Source of the DNA: Methanocellales archaeon
GTDB lineage: Archaea; Halobacteriota; JAWCLZ01
Length of the DNA: 21,036 nt
Direction of reading: 5' to 3'
Assembly: GCA_038850285.1 (NCBI GenBank)
Contig: JAWCMA010000001.1
Coordinates: 5,922 to 26,957, forward strand
Part shown: positions 16,381 through 21,036 of the stretch, piece by piece
How the letters are laid out: every line of letters starts with the position of its first letter
Position numbering within the stretch: the first letter of the stretch is position 1
Position numbers and translations under genes: made by a program
The notes under the pieces: model-generated
Database searches by the model: none
The model's input: the letters and a program-made list of their open reading frames with translations, nothing else
What the model was told of the DNA's origin: nothing

Positions 16381-16743
16381 ATGGTGGATGCACTTGAAAT
16401 AATGAAATTGCTTGCTGATGAATATAACATAAAAATCTTATCTGCATCCTTGAAAAGCCCTAAATCAGCTCAAGAGCTGAGCATTGATTTGAATATACCA
16501 GTGGCAAGCTGCTATCGAAAAGTCCGAGATTTAGAAAATGCAAATCTTTTAGAGGTCGCTGACAGCGTTCTCACTCCCGATGGCAAGCGGATCAAATTAT
16601 ATAGATCGAATGTAACTCGCTTTTATGTCACCTTTGAAGGAGAGCAGTTGAGAGTTGAAATCAATATAAGGAAAGCTGCGAGTGAGAAGATCATTAAAAT
16701 GTGGGATGTACTTAAAGAAGTCCGCAGTAAGAGGTACATTTGA
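16381..16743 (+). CDS. ArsR-like winged-helix transcriptional regulator
   Basis: LLADEYNIKIL...PKSAQELSIDLNIPVASCYRKVRDLENANLL...DGKRIKLY. Start at ATG 16381 (GTGAT RBS; TATA TTTATAT at 16332-16338) preferred to 16315. Confidence 0.85.
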   Translation: MVDALEIMKLLADEYNIKILSASLKSPKSAQELSIDLNIPVASCYRKVRDLENANLLEVADSVLTPDGKRIKLYRSNVTRFYVTFEGEQLRVEINIRKAASEKIIKMWDVLKEVRSKRYI

Positions 16744-17024
16744 TGGACATCTGGTTTATATTGCGAATTTTATTCAGCCTTACCTTTGCAATTTCTGGAC
16801 TGTTTGCAGTCTCGCTTGTGGCCAAGGCATTTTTCATGACCTATCGAAGAGACATGCTTCTGCTTCTCTCGGGCTTTGTTCTGCTAATTGCAAGCATAGT
16901 TTCGACCACTGTTTTCATCGATATTTTCCACTTTCCAGTATTGGATGAAATGCTTGCAATAGCCTATTTAATGGGAACTGCGGCTTTTTTTCTAATAAAT
17001 GCTTCTTTCTTCACCAAAGAATGA
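16740..17024 (+). CDS. small membrane protein (about 3 TM helices), coupled to the HTH gene
   Basis: Three hydrophobic segments separated by a YRRDM loop; start overlaps the HTH stop. Confidence 0.75.
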   Translation: MMDIWFILRILFSLTFAISGLFAVSLVAKAFFMTYRRDMLLLLSGFVLLIASIVSTTVFIDIFHFPVLDEMLAIAYLMGTAAFFLINASFFTKE

Positions 17025-17107
17025 GCGGAAGTTTTAAAAGGATTCGATACCTATATTATGAGAACATTGAGAACATTTGAATTAAGCGAATTTCCCTTGG
17101 TCGATGA

Positions 17108-17125
17108 ATGATGAAAGATCGCTGA
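17108..17125 (+). promoter_or_regulatory. box C/box D kink-turn (K-loop) motif in rpl7ae 5' UTR
   Basis: Exact box C ATGATGA (17108-17114) and box D CTGA (17122-17125), just upstream of the RBS AGGAG (17132-17136). Confidence 0.75.
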
Positions 17126-17138
17126 TCTAGAAGGAGAG

Positions 17139-17516
17139 ATGGAAATGGCAAAACCCATGTATGTAAAATTTGAGGTACCAAGTGAGACTCAAAATAAAGC
17201 ACTGGAAGCACTTGAACTTGCACGAGATACAGGAAAGATTCGAAAAGGCACAAATGAAGCTACCAAATCCATTGAAAGAGGCATAGCAAAGCTTGTGCTG
17301 ATAAGCGAAGATGTACAGCCCCCTGAAATAGTTGCTCATCTTCCTCCCCTCTGCGACGAGAAAAACATCCCCTATATATATGTTGCAAGGCAAAGCGAAC
17401 TAGGTGCAGCCTCAGGGCTTGATGTGGGTGCTGCGGCAGCGGCGATTATAGACCCTGGCAAGGCTAAGGAATTGATGGAAGAAGTGGTTCAAAAAGTGCG
17501 AGCATTGAAGAAATAA
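17139..17516 (+). CDS. rpl7ae: 50S ribosomal protein L7Ae
   Basis: [39 protein letters not shown]; the start could be 17145. Confidence 0.98.
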   Translation: MEMAKPMYVKFEVPSETQNKALEALELARDTGKIRKGTNEATKSIERGIAKLVLISEDVQPPEIVAHLPPLCDEKNIPYIYVARQSELGAASGLDVGAAAAAIIDPGKAKELMEEVVQKVRALKK

Positions 17517-17532
17517 TTTGAGGTGAAAAAAT

Positions 17533-17748
17533 TTGGTGGTTGAGGAAAGCGGTATACCCGCAGAGGTAATCGAAATAATAGGTCGAACTGGAATGCATGG
17601 CGAGGCAATTCAAGTAAAATGTCGTATTTTGGAGGGAATAAATAAGGGTAGAATAATAACTAGAAATTGCATGGGCCCAGTTCGCCTTGGGGATATTTTA
17701 ATTTTGATGGAGACCGCTCGAGAGGCAAAGAAACTTATTTCAAGGTGA
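17533..17748 (+). CDS. rps28e: 30S ribosomal protein S28e
   Basis: [25 protein letters not shown]...[20 protein letters not shown]. Confidence 0.97.
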   Translation: MVVEESGIPAEVIEIIGRTGMHGEAIQVKCRILEGINKGRIITRNCMGPVRLGDILILMETAREAKKLISR

Positions 17749-17753
17749 CTTTT

Positions 17754-17927
17754 ATGGTTGAAGGGAGACTTTGCTCATTCTGCAATAAAACAATTGAGCC
17801 TGGTTCAGGTAAGATGTTTGTGAAAAAAGATGGCACTATTTTTTATTTCTGCTCTTCAAAATGTGAAAAAAATATGATGCTTGGCAGAATCCCGAGAAAG
17901 CTGAAGTGGATTAGCAAAGCCAAGTAA
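17754..17927 (+). CDS. rpl24e: 50S ribosomal protein L24e
   Basis: CSFC...[14 protein letters not shown]...FCSSKC...PRKLKW. Start at ATG 17754 after AGGTGA; the ORF-track extension from 17667 overlaps rps28e. Confidence 0.97.
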   Translation: MVEGRLCSFCNKTIEPGSGKMFVKKDGTIFYFCSSKCEKNMMLGRIPRKLKWISKAK

Positions 17928-17934
17928 AAAGGGG

Positions 17935-18399
17935 TTGGAAATGGAGCGCACTTTTTTAATGGTTAAGCCAGATGGTGTGCAGCGCGGCTTAATAGGTAAA
18001 ATTATCTCTAGAGTCGAGGAACGCGGTTTAAAGATCATTGGCTTGAAACTTCTGAAGCTCGATATAGAACTCGCTAGATTGCATTACGCAGAACATGCGA
18101 ATAAGCCATTTTTCCAAAACTTAATTGCATTTATCACTTCTGCACCTGTGATTGCGATTGTCGTTGAGGGAAAGAATGCAGTTAAAGTAGTAAGAAAAAT
18201 GATAGGATTAACTGATCCTCAAAATTCCAGTCCAGGTACGATACGTGGAGATTATGCTCTTGAAACTGGTCGAAATATTATTCACGCTTCTGATTCACCT
18301 GAATCTGCGAAGCGGGAGATTGCGCTGTATTTTAAAGAGGAAGAATTGATACCATACAAGCGCATCGATGAAGACTGGATTTATGAAGGGATAGGGTAA
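17935..18399 (+). CDS. ndk: nucleoside diphosphate kinase
   Basis: [31 protein letters not shown]; the start may be ATG 17941. Confidence 0.98.
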   Translation: MEMERTFLMVKPDGVQRGLIGKIISRVEERGLKIIGLKLLKLDIELARLHYAEHANKPFFQNLIAFITSAPVIAIVVEGKNAVKVVRKMIGLTDPQNSSPGTIRGDYALETGRNIIHASDSPESAKREIALYFKEEELIPYKRIDEDWIYEGIG

Positions 18400-18445
18400 A
18401 GGTAAACACTTTTTATATATTTTAGATAGCTATATATTTTAAGCA

Positions 18446-20227
18446 GTGATAATCGTGGCAGAAAAGAAATTGCGCACGCCCATAGTTTGCGTCCTTGGGC
18501 ACGTTGATCACGGGAAAACCACTTTGCTTGATAAAATACGCGGCTCTGCTATTGCTGAAAAAGAAGCTGGCTTGATCACGCAGCATATTGGTGCAACTGA
18601 AGTGCCGCTAGAAGTGATCAAAAAGCTTTGTGGAAATCTAATGAGAGGTAACTTTATAGTTCCAGGACTGCTATTTATCGATACTCCGGGGCACCATGCA
18701 TTCACCACCCTTAGAACCCGCGGTGGAGCGCTTTCTGACCTAGCAGTGCTTGTTGTTGATGTAATAGAGGGATTTCAGCCTCAAACAATTGAAGCGATTA
18801 ATATCCTGCGCAGATTTCGCACCCCCTTCGTAGTTGTAGTTAACAAGATAGATCGCATCCCGGGCTGGTACCCTAATTATAATGAACCATTTGTAATCAG
18901 CTACTCGAAGCAGCCTGAACGGGTCAGACTAGCGCTTGATGATAAAATTTATTTCATTATTTCACAATTACTCAACGCAGGCTTCAGCTCAGATCGCTAT
19001 GATAGAATTCGAGATTTTCAAAAAAATGTGGGTATAATACCCATTAGTGCAAAAACTGGAGAAGGAATAGCGGATCTTTTGCTGGTTTTAGTCGGTCTTG
19101 CTCAGCGCTTCCTTGAAAAAGATTTGAAGTACGATGCAACCTCTGCGGGGGTTGGCACAGTGCTAGAGGTAAAGGAAGAACTGGGACTTGGTGTAACATT
19201 AGATGTGATTCTATATGATGGCGAGGTTAAAGTTGGCGATATCATAGCTCTACTGGGCGTGAAAGAGCCAATTATTACTAAAGTTCGAGCGCTGCTCAAA
19301 CCAAGGCCTCTCTCTGAGATAAGAGTTGAGGAGAAATTTTTAAGGGTTCAAAAAGTTACTGCTGCTGCAGGAATTAAAATTGCAGCGCCAAACCTCGAGA
19401 AAGCCCTTGCAGGTTCGCCCCTTAGAGTTATTACCAATATGGATGAAATTGAGGGAGTAATCCAAGAGCTGAGATCTGAAATCATTGATGTTAGAATTGA
19501 AACTGATCAAATTGGAGTTATAATTAAAGCTGATACCCTTGGAAGCTTAGAGGCTATTGTAAATGAATTAAAAGAAGCGAAAATACCCATACGTCGAGCG
19601 GATGTTGGAGATATATCCAAGCGCGATGTGATAGATGCAGCCACAGTTCCAGATCCCCTATATGCAGCCATTTTGGGATTCGATGTTGATATTTTACCAG
19701 ATGCAAAGGAAGAAGCAGCTAGAGCAAAAATTCGAATCTTTCAGAGCGATGTGATTTACAAGCTCCTCGAAGATTATGAAAAATGGGTGAAAGAGCAGAA
19801 AGCAGCTATGGAGAAAAAGCGCCTGGAGGCAATTATTCGACCCGGCAAAATCAGAATACTGCCTGACTGCGTCTTTCGCGCTAGCAAGCCAGCGATAGTA
19901 GGCGTAGAGGTACTAGGTGGGAGGATAAGGCCTGGGGTTGATCTACTCAGAGAAGATGGCATAAAAATTGGCACTCTTAAGGCGATACAGAATAAGGGAG
20001 AAAATATACCAGAAGCAGCATATAAGCAGGAGATTGCAATATCAATTGAGGGGCCAACTGTAGGTAGGCAGATTCACGAAGGGGATATTTTATTGGTGGA
20101 TCTCCCTGAGAAGCACGCTAAGATACTTGAGCAAGAGCTATCGGATACTCTACCTGCGGATGAACTTGAAACACTGCAAGCATTTCTAGCTATGAAGCGC
20201 AAAACAAATCCATTCTGGGGAAAATAA
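18446..20227 (+). CDS. infB: translation initiation factor aIF5B/IF-2, no intein
   Basis: LRTPIVCVLGHVDHGKTT, ITQHIGA, DTPGH, NKID, ISAKTG, C-terminal PFWGK; the start may be GTG 18455. Confidence 0.98.
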   Translation: MIIVAEKKLRTPIVCVLGHVDHGKTTLLDKIRGSAIAEKEAGLITQHIGATEVPLEVIKKLCGNLMRGNFIVPGLLFIDTPGHHAFTTLRTRGGALSDLAVLVVDVIEGFQPQTIEAINILRRFRTPFVVVVNKIDRIPGWYPNYNEPFVISYSKQPERVRLALDDKIYFIISQLLNAGFSSDRYDRIRDFQKNVGIIPISAKTGEGIADLLLVLVGLAQRFLEKDLKYDATSAGVGTVLEVKEELGLGVTLDVILYDGEVKVGDIIALLGVKEPIITKVRALLKPRPLSEIRVEEKFLRVQKVTAAAGIKIAAPNLEKALAGSPLRVITNMDEIEGVIQELRSEIIDVRIETDQIGVIIKADTLGSLEAIVNELKEAKIPIRRADVGDISKRDVIDAATVPDPLYAAILGFDVDILPDAKEEAARAKIRIFQSDVIYKLLEDYEKWVKEQKAAMEKKRLEAIIRPGKIRILPDCVFRASKPAIVGVEVLGGRIRPGVDLLREDGIKIGTLKAIQNKGENIPEAAYKQEIAISIEGPTVGRQIHEGDILLVDLPEKHAKILEQELSDTLPADELETLQAFLAMKRKTNPFWGK

Positions 20228-20266
20228 TACTTATAGAATTCAAGCAAGAATTCAAATACAGCAAAA

Positions 20267-20352
20267 GGCCGGGACCGGGATTTGAACCCAGGTCTTGGGA
20301 TTTCTGCATATTCTCCACAGTCCCAAAGGATAACCACTACCCCATCCCGGCC
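20267..20352 (-). tRNA. tRNA-His (GUG) with 13-nt intron at 37/38 (20302-20314) and genome-encoded G-1
   Basis: G-GCCGGGA...TCCCGGC-C acceptor; anticodon arm TGGGA-CTGTGG[AGAATATGCAGAA]A-TCCCA; T-loop GTTCAAATC. Confidence 0.93.
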
Positions 20353-20491
20353 GCGGTATGTTATAGATATTCCATGTTACATAAAGATTTTGCCCCTCAG
20401 CCTTTCAGCTTAAATTTAACTTTAACATTGAACATTGAATTCTGCAAGTTAAATATATTAGAGTTTCAATATAGATTGAAGGGTGGGAATA

Positions 20492-21036
20492 ATGAGTTTG
20501 ATTGGAAAAGCTGTGAGACTTGAAAGAATAATCAATCGAGAGACTGGAAAAACGGTGATCGTGCCCATGGATCACGGGGTGAGCTTGGGTCCTATTAAGG
20601 GGCTGATTGATATGAAAGAAGCAGTGAATAAAGTCGCTGAGGGCGGTGCAAATGCCGTGCTTGGCCACATGGGACTGCCTAAGTATGGACATAGAAGATA
20701 TGGCCGCGATATAGGCTTAATAATTCACCTCACCGCCTCTACCACACTCGGTCCAGATCCGCTTCACAAGGTGCTGGTTACAAGTGTGGAGGAAGCTATA
20801 AAGGTGGGCGCAGATGGCGTTAGCGTGCATGTAAACATTGGAGCAAATGATGAAGCTGAAATGCTCGCAATGCTGGGTCAAGTATCCCGAGCATGCAATG
20901 AATGGGGCATGCCTTTGCTAGCTATGATGTATCCAAGGGGAGCGAAGGTTAAATCAGAGCATAGTGTGGAATATGTGAAGCACGCGGCTCGCGTTGGTGC
21001 TGAATTAGGCGCAGATATAGTGAAGACCAATTACAC
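20492..21036 (+). CDS. aroA': 2-amino-3,7-dideoxy-D-threo-hept-6-ulosonate synthase (DhnA-type class I aldolase family), runs off the window
   Basis: Not in the ORF track. Manual translation: [29 protein letters not shown]...[12 protein letters not shown]...[13 protein letters not shown]...[16 protein letters not shown], which includes the Schiff-base Lys. A fructose-bisphosphate aldolase paralogue cannot be excluded. Confidence 0.85.
   Translation, partial: MSLIGKAVRLERIINRETGKTVIVPMDHGVSLGPIKGLIDMKEAVNKVAEGGANAVLGHMGLPKYGHRRYGRDIGLIIHLTASTTLGPDPLHKVLVTSVEEAIKVGADGVSVHVNIGANDEAEMLAMLGQVSRACNEWGMPLLAMMYPRGAKVKSEHSVEYVKHAARVGAELGADIVKTNY

Noticed and set aside
16389-16400. Mini-ORB-like TGCACTTGAAAT
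   Set aside because: It lies inside the HTH coding sequence (codons for A-L-E-I), and a similar string occurs in rpl7ae, so it is probably coincidental.
14983-17024. Integrated element (provirus or island) at tRNA-Val, with the tyrosine recombinase as its integrase
   Set aside because: The recombinase lies on the 5' side of the tRNAs, I see no duplicated tRNA 3' end (attR), no viral or plasmid genes are present, and the protein looks like chromosomal XerA among housekeeping genes.
1399-19974. Remaining short opposite-strand or alternate-frame ORFs in the track
   Set aside because: All overlap well-supported genes and lack recognisable motifs.
7746-20227. Inteins in PolB, RadB or IF-2
   Set aside because: Protein lengths are normal, the conserved motifs are contiguous, and there are no intein terminal signatures.
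20074-20692. Minus-strand ORFs 20074-20337 and 20405-20692
   Set aside because: The first overlaps tRNA-His and infB; the second is antisense to aroA'. Neither has recognisable motifs.

Overview
Archaeal chromosomal window, probably from a euryarchaeote of the Methanomicrobia/Halobacteriota type (inferred from protein similarity, GGTGA/GGAGG ribosome-binding sites and a PGF-CTERM protein). It is mostly housekeeping. In order: AMP phosphorylase (truncated by the window edge), an uncharacterised three-gene secreted/surface operon ending in a PGF-CTERM protein, an orphan hydrogenase maturation protease, trmY, map, Xaa-Pro peptidase, a short alpha-glucan phosphorylase, polB, a TRAM protein, nth, radB, a frameshifted truD, a phosphohexomutase, tRNA-Gln and tRNA-Val, a XerA-type recombinase, a very AT-rich spacer, an HTH/membrane protein pair, rpl7ae-rps28e-rpl24e-ndk-infB, an intron-containing tRNA-His and aroA' (truncated). 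Most notable: two tandem dif-like sites covering the xerA promoter and RBS; a 13-nt intron in tRNA-His with a minimal BHB; a truD frameshift that looks like a small deletion; a box C/D kink-turn motif in the rpl7ae leader; and the surface operon. No CRISPR array, IS element or provirus is supported. All calls are by eye, with no database searches.
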